Positions 35,960 to 49,472 are shown, counted from the first letter of the stretch. The stretch: DNA of 64,000 nt from Eledone cirrhosa (GCA_964016885.1 OZ024740.1:59706001-59770000), one strand, 5' to 3'. The notes: generated from the letters alone by a model not told the origin. A program made the numbers and translations.

Positions 35960-36850
35960 CGTATAGAAAGCCGAATGATACGCTTAATTACATAAGTAAG
36001 CATTCCAACCATCCTGCCAGCATAACCAAGAACCTGGTAAGAAACGTTTCGTTGAGGCTTTCCCGTCTATCTACTAAGGAGCATATTTTCAACGACCATT
36101 CCGCTTATTACAATGAAGCTCTTGCTCGGAGTGGATTTGTCGATAAGGTAGCATATACAGAGTACGAGAATAGACATAGAAGAAATAGATCCCGTCGCAT
36201 TATATGGTATAACCCACCATATAATATGGAGGTGGCCACACCATTAGCTAAGATCTTTCTATCCCTTATTACGAAGCATTTTCCCCCTACACATAAATAT
36301 AGTAAAATTTTTAATAGAAATACTATTAAAATTTCTTACTCTACGACTGCTAACCTTGCACATAACATCACAGCTTCAAATTTAGCTAAACTACCTAGCC
36401 GTAGGAACACGTGCAACCCTGTAGTTAGTACTAACTGTAATTGTACGAATCGTGTCGATTGCCCTCTATCCCTGAAATGCCTCTCTAGTAACATTGTCTA
36501 CAAATGTAAGGTTGAAACACCCACGTCCCGTAGGGCCTACACAGGGTTAACCGCCAATAGATTCAAGCAGCGCCTTTACATGGATACCCATTCTTTTCGT
36601 TACCCTCTAAGAAGGAATATGACGTCACTTTCAGCTTATATCTGGAGTCTAAAAGACAACCACACCCAATATACGTTACACTGGGAGATCCTAGCTAGGG
36701 CTAGATCGTATAACGGAAATAAAAGACCATGTGATCTCTGCGCCGCTGAGGCCTGGAAATACTCTACGCCACAGACCACATCTTAAACAAAAAATCTGAG
36801 GCAATTTCGGCTTGTAAACATAAATTGCACAAAAATTTCCTGTATTACAG
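35960..36850 (+). pseudogene. PLE RT thumb, linker and GIY-YIG endonuclease fragment
   Basis: ORF 35929..36786. Its first codons derive from the inverted arm, and there is a frameshift near the C-terminus (LNKKSE continues in another frame). Confidence 0.8.
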
Positions 36851-37460
36851 CCCCATATTAAACCCTAACGGATAGTACGATCTATACGTGGATATTTTAC
36901 GTCTTGATGTGGTAGCTAAGTATATGTTATGTTTATACCATTACTTATTTGCATAGGTAAGTATATATTACCTGTATGTTTTGTGAAGGTACGTATACGT
37001 TCTCGTACGTATATTTGATTGTATATGTTATGGCGTATATTTTTATATATTCTGGTACATATGCTTTTGGTTATGTGTATACGTGAGTTTTGCGTCTGTG
37101 TGAGTATGCGCGTTCGTACGTATGTTGGGTGTGTGTATATGTGTACTTCATGTTTTGGTTGACTTACGTCTCCGAACATTTGTGTATTTACATGTAGGTA
37201 TGTGTGTGCGCTTGTTATATACGTATTTATTTATTTATATACGTTTATTTAATTAGTTATTTATTTGTATACACGCACACACACACACACATGTGTATAT
37301 TGCGTGGTTTTGTATATCTATGGCGAGTGTTTTCGCGTATGCTTGTGTATGTACGTATTTGGATGCGTGTATGTATATATTTAATTTCAATTACCTCTGT
37401 ATTGTATTTTATTTACTTTATTTTTAACTCTGAAGCGGAGAATCATTCGGTTTCCTAGTT

Positions 37461-37731
37461 AGAATTTTAGTCTACGACTTCAGCTATACCATTTACGTGG
37501 TTTTGTCTTTGCGTGCAATTGTTCTCCACGTATGACGTATTATCTTCGTTTTTTTCCGTTCATTGCCAGAGAACGTCTCTATGAACCATCTAAGAGAATA
37601 TTAGTCTACAACTTCTTTTATACCATAAACGTGGTTCTGTCTTTGCGTGTAATTGTTTTTCACCGCTCCTATTAATGACGTATTATATTCGTTTTTTCAC
37701 GTTCTTTGCCAGGGAACGTTTCCACGAACCA
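37461..37731. repeat. Diverged ~130-bp tandem duplication in the PLE 3' region
   Basis: 37461-37588 resembles 37595-37731 (agaat.ttagtctac.acttc ... ttgccag.gaacgt). Confidence 0.75.
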
Positions 37732-37809
37732 AAGTATCGTCTTCCTGTCTTCCTCCTGTTGCAACGTTTTTTGAAATATCCACTTCTGCGTTTACAGATT
37801 GACTTTGTT

Positions 37810-37860
37810 AGTTTCAGAAGATCCTGTTAAGGGTGAAAGCAGCGATTCTTTGCTTAAACT
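37810..37860 (+). ncRNA. Hammerhead-fold with variant core CAGAAGA
   Basis: AGTTT-CAGAAGA-tCCTgttaaGGGt-GAA-AGCAG...TTGCT-T-AAACT. Stems I, II and III all pair. Confidence 0.55.
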
Positions 37861-37975
37861 TTAATCTGTTATTTTAATAAATTTTTGCTCTACGGTTCTT
37901 ATATATTTGATATATATTTATCCTTATCGAGCCCTCTTTGGATTTTAGTCTTCAAATTTATTATTATTACTATAT

Positions 37976-38006
<31 letters not shown>

Positions 38007-38210
38007 GTTTCTAATTTGAATGGAAAGAGATGGATGGTGTGGTCTAGATAACCAAAAATGTGGGTTCGACTCCAATGTATGTCAATACTCATCCTTTGCC
38101 ATTTAGAGGGTTTTAAACCCCACTATCAGGCTAATTTCTTTTAGTCAAAATATGGCAAAAGCTTCTATTGCTAACTCAATATATATATATATATAATATA
38201 TATATATATA

Positions 38211-38509
38211 TATACAATGATATTAAATAAATGGAAACTATATTTATAAAACCAAATTTATTCTATTATATATATTTCAAGGGTACCAAAAAACTTTGGT
38301 ACGCTTTCATCAGATAAAATACAATAGTACCCAAGGAATATTCAACTGATAAGGTATGATTTTCCTTGGCTATGTCAAAATTTATAAAAACCTCTTTGTA
38401 TTTTATTTGATGAAAGCGTACTAAAGTTTTTTGGTACCCTTGAAATAAATATAATAGAATAAATATGGTTCTATAAATATAGTTTCCATTTATTTAATAT
38501 CATTGTATA
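38211..38509. mobile_element. Fold-back element: ~112-bp inverted arms, each containing a hammerhead motif
   Basis: 38211-38323 is nearly the reverse complement of 38396-38509. Confidence 0.8.
38259..38321 (-). ncRNA. Type I hammerhead ribozyme, intact core
   Basis: TATTTTAT-CTGATGA-AAGcGTACCAAA-gttt-TTTGGTACcCTT-GAA-ATATATAT-A-ATAGAATA. Stem I is 8 bp, stem II is long, and stem III is palindromic. The + strand twin (38399-38461) reads TTGATGA. Confidence 0.8.
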
Positions 38510-38594
38510 TTACTCCAGAAATTTGTCGAGTGCTCTGAATCAGTTATAAACATTTATATTTGTTGGATTTCCAACAAATTATATATCCCTTCTA

Positions 38595-38654
<60 letters not shown>

Positions 38655-38657
<3 letters not shown>

Positions 38658-39195
38658 TCATCATCATCATCATCGTTTAACGTCTATCTTCCATGCTAGC
38701 ATGGGTTTAGACGGGAATTGTCCTACTTGAGGCAAGATTGGTCGTCTCGCTCGCATAGGACTGTCTGGCAGGTTTTCTACGACTGGATGCCCTTTCTAAC
38801 ACCAACCACGTTTACAGTGTAGACTGGGTGGTTTTTACCGTGTTACCTACACGGCCACATTACAGCGTGGACTGTGTGTGTTTTTGTCATGACACGTACA
38901 CGACCTCATTTATTTAGGACTGAATGTTGTGGAACCAACATAACTTTACAGAGAAAGGGGTGGTGTTGATGGGGGTGGGGGAGTTTGGGTAGTGGGAGGC
39001 GGGTGTATATTTGATTAAGAGGTGCCTACTGAATGTAGGTTTTGCTTTGTACTGTATTACTGCATAGCGCCAAAGATCTTGGTCCAGTGACATTGTCTTA
39101 GAGAGGTGTGTGTAAGGTCGGAATTTATCAAATCGTCCCAGGTTTTTCTGGGTCTGCCTACTCCGTAACTTCCGTCAATTTTGATCGCCCTGCAC
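38655..39195 (-). mobile_element. RTE LINE 3' fragment (subfamily A)
   Basis: Reverse-complement match to 47690-48238. The (CAT)n tail lies next to a (TA)n tract. Confidence 0.85.
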
Positions 39196-39489
39196 TTTTT
39201 TTTATATATATATATATAAACACACAGAGGGTTGGTAAAAATCTGTTATACAATATATTAACATTTTTAGTACAAAAACGTAGGATCAGAGCATCTCCAT
39301 AATTCTAACTATTTCCTTTTACAATCAGCTGCAAGCCAGATCCACAGAAACAAACCGCCACTGAACATCTTTGATCATAACTGAAACATTAAGTGTCCTG
39401 TATTCTTGTCGTAGTGATCCTTTAACTATTTTCACCAGCCATTTATAATTTTTTCTTTATCTTCTCCTTGTCTAAAGTTTGTCTTGTGC

Positions 39490-39718
39490 CCGGTTTCCAT
39501 AGCATTAAGTGACTGAGTGTATAAAATCTGCTCCTGGACGGGATGTCAGTCCATCGCAGATTTAAACCCCCAGCTATTGCCAGTGCTCATTTTCAGTTGA
39601 GTATACTGGAACAACGTAAAATGAAATGTTTTGTTCAAGAACACCACACAAAACCCAATCCAGGAACTGAACTCATGACATGATCATAAATCCAACACAC
39701 ATACCATTAGGCCAGCAC
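39490..39718 (-). mobile_element. CORE-like SINE, decayed
   Basis: gggatg.cagtccatcgcag...cattttcagttgagtatactgga...tcaagaac. Homologous to 53540-53805. Confidence 0.6.
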
Positions 39719-40134
39719 AGCATTTCTCTTGTCATCCTGTATCTTCCTCCACAGATTCAATAAGTCCTAGTTTTTATTTGAGCAGCTATGAAGCTGAGGT
39801 TCTCCTGAGCATAAGTTTCATTTTGTGTGGTATCTTTGTGTGGTCTAGAATTATTCTATTTATTTTAGCCTGTTATCTTTTCCTTGTTCTCATCTATAAT
39901 TATTTCTCACTTTTCCCCGTGCTCGGAGCTATATTGCTAGTTCTGTACTGCAAAAAGAGAACTTCCAGTTTCTCATTTCTTTTCATTACCAGCTCCTGGT
40001 GTTCGTGGCACTGAATTGAGGCAGTGACTCCATTTGAAATTTTGGTAAGAGATGGTATTGCAGCAGTGCCAACAGTAGTAGCCATGGTTATTTGTTTTCT
40101 GTTTATTGCCACTTTCCTTTCTTGTTCTTTCCTA

Positions 40135-40955
40135 TTGTCACTCTTGTCTTCATAAAAACAGTGACTATATTTCCATTATTTATTTTCAGAATAATTGATT
40201 ATGAATGATTTTGAACCCCCAAATTTGTGGAAGAGACACGGAGTTCTTCTTGGAATCCGCGCCGGGAGGACAGATAAGACCAGAAGATCAACTCCCAGAA
40301 CAACAGGTGGCTCGCTGTCTCACCCAAAGACGTGCCCAGAATCATGCAGACAAAGTTTCCAGCGACAACATTGGTCTTAGGTGTCGTCAGCAGTCAAGGT
40401 GACGTCATGCCACCTCACTTGTTCCGAGGGCCTCAAGCTGAACACTGATGGCTACATCCGCCTTCTGAGCAAGGTAGTAAAGCCCTGGATCGACCAGGTA
40501 GCTGCAGGTAGGCCGTATGTGTGGCAGCAAGACTCAGCGCCCTGCCATACCAGCTGAAAGACCCAAGCCTGGCTGTCAGAGAACTTCGTCGACCACACTT
40601 CACCTGACATCTGGCCTCCCAGCTTGCCTGACTGCAACCACCTTGACTTCTTTGTGTGGGGCGCAGTGGAAAAAGACACCAATAGATCTAGCTGCAATAC
40701 GAAAGGCGATCTGAAGGCCAGGATCACAAGTAACTTTAGGGGCCTATGTCGGGGGACAGTGACGAAGGCCTATAGCCGGTTCCGAGGCCGCCTTGAGGCC
40801 GTCATCAAAGCTAATGGTGGGTTTATCAAGTGAGATCGAAAGAACAAGTCATGAAGACAAACTGACCCAAGTTTGATAAATAAATCTTAAAAAATAAAAC
40901 TAGTGTTATTTTTCCCTTGACAGTAATCTTGCGAACAGATATCGTCCGCACCCTG
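40135..40955 (+). mobile_element. maT (DD37D) mariner copy 2, same internal deletion, left TIR missing
   Basis: Reverse-complement match to 8871-9690. Right TIR ...ATATCGTCCGCACCCTG is followed by TA. Confidence 0.88.
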
Positions 40956-40989
40956 TATATATGCGTATATATATATACGCATACCTACA

Positions 40990-41670
<681 letters not shown>

Positions 41671-41894
41671 ATATATATATATATATAGTATTAAGGATAC
41701 TATTTATGGTTATGTATATAATAAAACCTTATATAGTTATATATATTTTAAACCCTAAATAGTGAAAGACAGTAATTCATTACTATCTTATTACCAGTAA
41801 GATAACTAGCTCAATGTAATAACATCAGTTGTTTTACAGAGCAGTTATATAGAAATTACATGAATCAAAGTTCAGTTTAAATCATGTATTTGCT

Positions 41895-41934
41895 TACAAT
41901 TGTTTCCTCCAAACCGAGGTTTGGATTCTTCCAT
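41895..41934 (-). ncRNA. Decayed hammerhead motif
   Basis: Minus strand reads tGGAAGA-aTCCAAACctcgGTTTGGAg-GAA-ACAATTGT-A. Stem II is a perfect 7 bp and stem III is palindromic, but the CUGA core is mutated and stem I is poor. Confidence 0.4.
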
Positions 41935-42002
41935 GATGCTTACTTTTAGCTATGTATGTATGTATATGTCTACTGTCTCTACAGAGCCCTCCCATACATA
42001 TA

Positions 42003-43588
42003 TAGCTAAAAGTAAGCCACTCTACCTGGCATTCATTGAACTCGAGAAAGCCTTTGACAGAGTTCCACGTGCTGTAATCTGGTGGGCTCTTAGAATACTA
42101 GGAGTAGATGAATGGCTTGTGAAAGCTGTACAAGCCATGTATAGGGGAGCAGTCAGCAAAGATAGGATTAGCAATGAGTATAGCGAGGAATTTAGCGTAC
42201 AGGTTGGGGTCCACCAGGACTCTGTTCTAAGCCCTCTCCTGTTCATCATAGTCCTGCAGGCAATAATGGAGGAGTTTAAGACCGGATGCCCATGGGAACT
42301 CCTGTATGCTGATGACCTCGCACTTATAGCTGAATCTATGGTAGAACTAGAGAAGAAATTCCAAACTTGGAAGCAGGGACTAGAAAGAAAGGGTCTCAAA
42401 GTCAACATGACAAAGACTAAGGTCCTTGTAAATAGAGTAGAAAACAGAACCCAGATCCCCTCAGAGAAATGGCCTTGCTCAGTATGTAGGAAAGGTGTAG
42501 GTAGGAACTCCATTCTCTGCCCCAAATGCAAACAATGGGTACACAAGAGATGTAGCGGGATCTCAAGAAGCTTAATTAAGAATGTAGGCTTCACATGCAG
42601 CAGCTGTACTGGGACAGCAAGCAGCAAACAGCCACAAGAAACAAGTACCACCAATCTCTGGGAGGGCTCTGTAGAGACAGTAGACAGCTTCTGCTACCTA
42701 GGTGGCCAAATTAGCAGCGGAGGTGGGTGTTCAGAAATTACAATAACTAGGGTAAGAACGGGATGGAAGAAGTTCAGGGAACTACTACCACTGCTAGCTG
42801 CAAAAGGCTTCTCCCTCAAAATGAAAGGCTTCTCCCTCAAAATGAAAGGCAGACTATGATGCGTGTAACAGCAATGTTACATGGTAGTGAGACCTGGGCG
42901 CTGAAGGTGGAAGACTTATGTAGATTAGAGAGAAACGAAGCCTGCACGCTCCGATTGATATGTAATAGTAATATACGTGAACGACAAAGCATAAATGAAT
43001 TGAGAGAGAGACTGAGCATAAGAGGAATTAAACGCTGTGTGCAGGAGAGGCGGTTGCATTGGTATGGACATGTGATGTGTATGAAGGATGACAGCTGCAT
43101 AAAAAGGTGCAGAGCACTAGAAGTCGATGGAAACCGCGGAGTGGGGAGATCCAAGAAGACCAGGGATGAGGTGATAAAAGCCGAGCTTACCCAATTACAC
43201 CTCTCAGAGGCGATGACACATGACCGTGACCTCTGGCATCACGCAGTAATACAGAGTACCCGACCTCCCATGGGTACAAGCTGAAGCATATAGACAATAT
43301 GCCCCCACACCTCCAACTGCAAGGTGGTCGTGGAGGTGCCATGGCAAAAAAGCACCCAGCCCACACTGTAAAGTGGACGTGTAGGCGCCACGAAAAAGCA
43401 CCCAGCACTCACTGTAAATGAGGTTGGTGTTAGGAAGGGCATCCAGCTGTAGAAATCAAGCCAAATCAGTTCCTGTATGAGCAAGGCTTGGTCAGCCAAC
43501 CAGACACTGCCCACAACAGGACAACCCTTCTAACCCATGCTAGCGTGGAAGAACGGACGTAAAACGGTGATGATGATGATGATGATGA
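42003..43588 (+). mobile_element. RTE LINE, 5'-truncated (subfamily B): RT, PHD finger and 3' UTR
   Basis: ORFs 41900..42859 and 42763..43284. A 21-nt tandem duplication gives KGFSLKM twice. (GAT)n tail. Confidence 0.9.
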
Positions 43589-45224
43589 CATATACATACA
43601 TATTTATACATTTATATACACACACACTATAACTAGTTTCTGCACTATTTCTATATATATCTACTTAATTCCTCTCACAAATCATTATTCAATTTAATGA
43701 ATTTGTGACTACTGTTGAAGACAATTGATTAAAAGGGATTGGATTAAATCTGCTGCCATAGACGATATAATCATATGGGATACTCATGGCTGGAATGTCT
43801 TTCATTAAAGAAATGCTCGATCAAAGCAATTCTAATCAACACAGTGTCTTTTCAGATATGTAGTATTTATTTGAACAAAGAAATGATATAATTATATGAA
43901 AACGTTGAGTCAAATGTTAAGTTGTTAACCATCAGCACAATTTAATGTACATCAGAAAGACAGGCTGATGGTTATCACTCAGATATTGAAAACAAAGGCT
44001 GGTTGAATGAAACTTGATTCTAGCAATTTTTAATGATATCTTTCTTCTGTAAATTATTGATTTCTTATATTTCCTTACATTTTCTGTAATAAAATATTAA
44101 AATTATTTCCTGCAGCAAAATTTCTGTTCATTTTAGGGACACTCTTCATTAATTAGAAGGACTCATTAATACACAAAGGTTTGATGCTTACAGCTATTCT
44201 AGTCAGGCTTTCTGACTAATTATAAACCTTTGACAAGTTACTTTAAATATTTAACAGAAATAATATTCTCCTTTGTTCATTCAATTCCGGTGTTACTTTT
44301 ACAAGCCACAATTATAGTTGTTACTTTATGGAATAAGGTAATAAAAATAAAGTAAAGAAAACAGAATCAATCAAAGACAACAAACTGATTTGTTGTACTG
44401 GCTGTCAGATAAAAGGATATATAAACCGAAATATGTTTTTTACAGCAATAGTAATGGAATCCAAAGAAAGGTATACAATCACTTATGGAGTTTCTAAAAG
44501 ATTCACCTTTAAAACAGTTTTAAGAGAGCATAGTTCTATAATCTCTGAATTTTGGAACTACTGTAAGCTTTATGGAAAGGAAAAAAAAAAAGAACATTTG
44601 AACACTGTGGTACTGGAAAGGTTAAGATTTGTAATTAAAAATTAAAAAAAACTGTAGAAGCATACTTGCAAATGAATATTTATTTCTAGTACTTCATTCT
44701 GAAAATCTTCCACAAATATCTGTGACAATACATTTTTTCCGCCTTCCTACTTCCTATGCTATTTCTCTTTTTAATAATAATTTGATGATTTGACATAGCT
44801 TTCGTGTTATCTGAATCTATTTGCCAGAAAACAAGACAATTCTAAATGTTCTCTACAAAAACCATATATTTGTGTGCATTCAATTGTTCCAGTGCCAAAT
44901 AACCTTAGACAACAGCTCATTTTTTTCTCTCTGAACTACAGTTGCTGGATATCCTTCTTATTGTAACTAGACTGTAAGGAAGATAGTCACTTGTGTAGAG
45001 TGGAGTAGCAGTTGCATGAAAGAATTTGAGGCAAATAATTTGGAGAGAAGGCAAACAATAAAACAAGTAAAATATCACAGACTTGCATTTGTAGCTATTT
45101 ATCAATCTATCTAGCTTTCACTGTATCGGTGTGTACATATACATGTATGTATATTAGAATAAACACACATATGCATGTATGCACACACACATACATTATA
45201 TATGCATGCATATACAGAGGTATG

Positions 45225-45267
<43 letters not shown>

Positions 45268-45318
45268 GTCTGCATGTGTGTGTGTGTGTATATATATATA
45301 TACTATACTATATATATA

Positions 45319-48238
45319 GGCTATGGGTTTGGTACTAGAAATGAGGAAGGCTCCAGAATCCTAGAATTCTGTGATGCAAATAACCTAACTATCTGTAACA
45401 CTAACTTCAAAAAACGAGACAATCACCTGATCACCTATAGATCAGGGGAACACGCCAGTCAGATAGATTATATCCTTACCAGAAGATGTGACAGAGTGTC
45501 TATTGTAAACACTAAATCCCTCCCTCATGAAGAATGCACCTCCAAACATAGACTCATAGTCAGCAACCTCATAGTCAGGACGAGATGTACTCGACAACAG
45601 AGGAGGACTATCCTCAGGAGAAAAATATGAAAGCTAAAGGACCCCACAGCCAGTAATAAATTTAAAAGCATATTACTTGATGCTTTTGACAGTGAGGAAG
45701 AGCAATTAGAGTCGTACAATATAGAGGAACAGTGGGAATTCCTGAAAGCTAACCTGCTGAAGGCGACAGATGAAGTCTGTGGCTGGAGGAGGCCTATAGG
45801 CAGGAGGAGAGTAACTTGGTGGAGGAGTCAATCAAGGTTAAAAAGCAGGCTTGGAAAGTATGGCGGGATGGGGGAAGTAGAGAAGACTATCAAGTGGCCA
45901 GGAGGGAAGCTAGGAGACAAGTGTACTTCACAAGAAGGGAAGCAGAGGAAAGAAATTTCAAGCATGTTCTACAACACGAGGACCAAAAACGTGAGGTGTT
46001 CAGGATTGCTAGGCAACGTGTCTAGGAAAACCGTGATATTGTCGGGGAGAAGTGTGTACTTAATGATGATGGCGTACTTGCCATCACCGACGCTGATAAG
46101 AAGGTAGCTTGGAAGTGTCACTACGAGAGACTACTAAATGAGGAGAATAAATGGGAGAAAGACAGCCTCCCCCACATCGATCCTATAGAGGGACCAGCAG
46201 TGCAAGTTGAAGGTAGTATAATAAGTAAGGCAATAAAAGATATGAAGACAGACAAGGCGGCTGGGCCTTCGGAAATAATTGCTGAAATGCTGAAAGCATC
46301 TGGAATGGTGGGACACACTATGGTCACCCGGATAGTAAACCAAGTCATATAGAATGGGGTCGTACCGAAGGACTGGCATAGCAGCATCATCATTAACTGC
46401 TACAAGGGAGATGCCCTAGATAGGGGAAACTATAGAGGCATTAATTGACCAGGTCATGAAGGTCACAGAAAAAGTAATAGCGCAACTAATCAGAGAGAGA
46501 ATTGATCTAGATGAAATTAAGTTCGGGTTTGTGTCAGGTAAAAGTACCACAGACGCTCTTTTCATTGTACGGCAACTACAGGAGAAGTACCTAGCTAAAA
46601 GTAAACTCATATACTTAGCTTTTGTTGACTTGGAGAAAGCCTTTGACAGAGTCCCACACCCCATTATCTGGTGGGCTCTCAGAAAACTAGGTGTTGATGA
46701 ATGGCTTGTGAGAGCTATACAAGCCATGTATAAAGAAACAGTCAGCAAGGTTAGAATTAACAACGAATATAGTGAAGAGTTTAGCGTAAAAGTTGGTGTT
46801 CATCAGGGCTCCGTCCTTTGCCCCCTCCTATTTATTATTGCCCTTCAGCCTATAACAGAGGAGTTCAAGACCGGCTGCCCATGGGAACTCCTATACGCAG
46901 ATGATCTAACGCTCATAGCTGAATCAATGGCTGAACTAGAGAAGAAATTCCAAACATGGAAGCATGGCCTAGAATCAAAAGGCCTTAAAATTAACCTGTC
47001 TAAGACTAAAGTTATAGTATGTAGGAAGGAAAATAGGGCACTGGTCCCATCTGGGAATTGGCCATGCTCAGTGTGTAGGAAAGGAGTAGGCAGAAACTCC
47101 ATTTTATGTCCCAAATGCAAAGTATGGGTGCATAAAAGATGTAGTGGGATCACAGGTAAGCTAACTAAGAATATAGATTTTATATGTGGCCGGTGCTCAG
47201 GTGCAATAAGTAGCAGCAAGTGCCCACAGAATACTAGCTCATTCCATTGCACAGATGGTTCTATAGAAATAGTGGACACCTTCCGTTACCTGGGTGACAA
47301 AATCAGCAGTGGTGGAGGGTGCTCTGAAAGTACAGTAGCTAGAGTCAGAATGGGATGGAAAAAGTTCAGAGAGCTTATAACACTATTGGCCGCTAAAGGT
47401 TTCTCTCTAAAAATGAAAGGCAGGCTGTATGATGCCTGCATACGAACATCAATGTTACATGGCAGTGAGACCTGGGCATTGTGTGCAGAGGATATACGCA
47501 GACTGGAGAGGAACGAAGCTTGCATGCTCCGTTGGATGTGTAATAGTAATATACGTGAACGACAAAGCATAAATTAACTAAGTGAGAAATTAGGAATATG
47601 AGGGATCAGATGCTGTTTACTCGAGAGAAGACTACGTTGGTATGGTCATGTGATACGCATGAAAGACAACAGCTGTATAAAAAAGTGCAGGGCGATCAAA
47701 ATAGATGGTAGCCACGGAGTAGGCAGACCCAGAAAAACCTGGGACGACTTGATAAATTCCGACCTCACACACTTACATCTCTCCAAGACAATGTCACTGG
47801 ACTGAGATCTTTGGCACTACGCAGTAATACAGAAGACCCGCCTTACCTAAGTACAAAGTGAAACCTACTACAGTTAGTAGGCACCTTTAACAAAAATACA
47901 CTCCCAGCCAACTACCCTCACCCTCATCCACACCACCCCTTTCAATGTAAAGTTATGTTGGTGCCACAACATTCAGTCCTAAACAAATGAGGTCGTGTAG
48001 GTATCACGACAAAAAACACTCAGTCCACGCTGTAATGTGGCGATGTAGGTAACACGGTAAAAACCTCCCAGTCCACACTGTAAACGTGGTTGGTGTTAGG
48101 AAGGGCATCCAGCCATAGAAAACCCGCCAGACAGTCCTATGTGAGCAAGACAACCACTCTTGCCTCAAGTGGGAAAACTCCCGTCCAGACCCATGCAAGC
48201 GTGGAAGATGGACGTTAAACGATGATGATGATGATGAT
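45319..48238 (+). mobile_element. RTE LINE, 5'-truncated within APE (subfamily A)
   Basis: GYGFGTRNEEG..SQIDYIL. ORF 46456..47577 carries DLEKAFD, QGSVL, YADD and the PHD finger. (GAT)n tail, with (TA)n on both flanks. Confidence 0.92.
46456..47577 (+). pseudogene. RTE RT core with inserted PHD finger (373-aa open segment)
   Basis: ELLYADDL..GLKINLSKTK, then CSVC..CPKC.VWVHKRC..CGRC, then FRYLGD. Confidence 0.85.
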
Positions 48239-48239
48239 A

Positions 48240-48442
48240 TATATATATTCTCCACATACACAAACATGCATACACACACACATATATGCATGCATATACA
48301 GAGGGATATATTTATATATCTTTATATATATATTGGGTGAACCTACAGTAACTTCACGTTACACTCCCTGGATATATATACATATATATATATCTAACCC
48401 ATGCTAGCGTGAAAGATGGACGTTAAACGATGATGATGATGA

Positions 48443-48479
<37 letters not shown>

Positions 48480-49344
48480 GTTTAACGTCAATCTTCCACG
48501 CTTGCATGGGTTTATACATATATATATATATATATACACACACACATATATATAAACATACTCCACATACACAAACATGCATAAACACACACATTATATA
48601 TGCATGCATATACAGAGGGGTATCTTTATATATATATATACATATATGTGTGTGTGTGAATATTACTCTTTTACCTGTTTCAGCCATCCCGCTGAGGCCA
48701 TGCTGGGGCATGTAAATATTTTCTTGGAGAGGCATATATATATTTTCATTTCATTTCATTTTACGTCCGTTTTTCCCTGCTTGCAAGTATAAGTTAAAAC
48801 AATGAAATAAAAATTCAAGTCATTAGGAATATACTTTACGATCGTTTCTAGGTGATAATACATCATACGCATATTTTGTTATCGATCTATGTAAGGTTAG
48901 TTACAAAATATCAATTAAGGAATATATTTACCTACGTGTATATCGTCACCCGATCGTAAAGCAGTGAAGTATATTCCTAATGACTTGAATTTTTATTTCA
49001 TTGTTTTAACTTATATCATGAGTTTTTTCCTTTTGATGTTTTATTGTTTTCCAGGATTTATTTTAACCTACAACATTTTCAACATATGGATTACATTGAT
49101 TTCTTCATGCAGACTAGACCCCACAACTAACCGTGGATATTTCTGTGTATATATACATATATATATATTCTCCATATACATAAACATGCATGCACACACA
49201 TACACATGAACATATGTGCCTATACAAATATGCATGAGGCAGATGCACGTATTTGTATATGTAAATATATCCTCACACATATGTGTAACATATATTGTTA
49301 TCTGCGATCCTATATATATATATATGTATATATATATGTATGTA

Positions 49345-49385
<41 letters not shown>

Positions 49386-49437
49386 GTCTAACCCATGCTT
49401 GCATGAAAGATGGACGTTAAACGATGATGATGATGAC

Positions 49438-49472
<35 letters not shown>

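Larger units (their letters stand above)
35604..37970 (+). mobile_element. Penelope-like element (Naiad-like), 5'-truncated, with an inverted pLTR at its 5' end
   Basis: 35604-35959 is the reverse complement of 37633-37970. The coding part shows YRKPN..SNHP, IIWYNPPY, KHFP, a CxCx5C linker (CNCTNRVDC) and GIY-YIG-like IVYKC..YTGLT..FKQR. Confidence 0.85.

Noticed and set aside
35960-36850. Possible selenocysteine recoding in the Naiad-like ORF
   Set aside because: The linker cysteines use TGT/TGC and there is no in-frame TGA in the visible part.
38030-38080. tRNA-like GGTTCGACTCC, and the SINE heads at 17645, 18278 and 28045
   Set aside because: No complete cloverleaf; these are SINE heads or relics rather than tRNA genes.
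39250-40130. Purine-skewed minus-strand stretch that may be an old TE coding relic
   Set aside because: No motif recognisable by eye; would need a translated HMM search.
43315-43440. ~45-bp tandem repeats (cccagc.cac.ctgtaaa) that look superficially CRISPR-like
   Set aside because: They are RTE 3' UTR repeats with no unique spacers and no cas genes, in a eukaryotic context.
44915-44980. Polypyrimidine-CAG acceptor and a GTAAGG donor 32 nt later
   Set aside because: Such pairs are common by chance, and the peptide is not recognisable.
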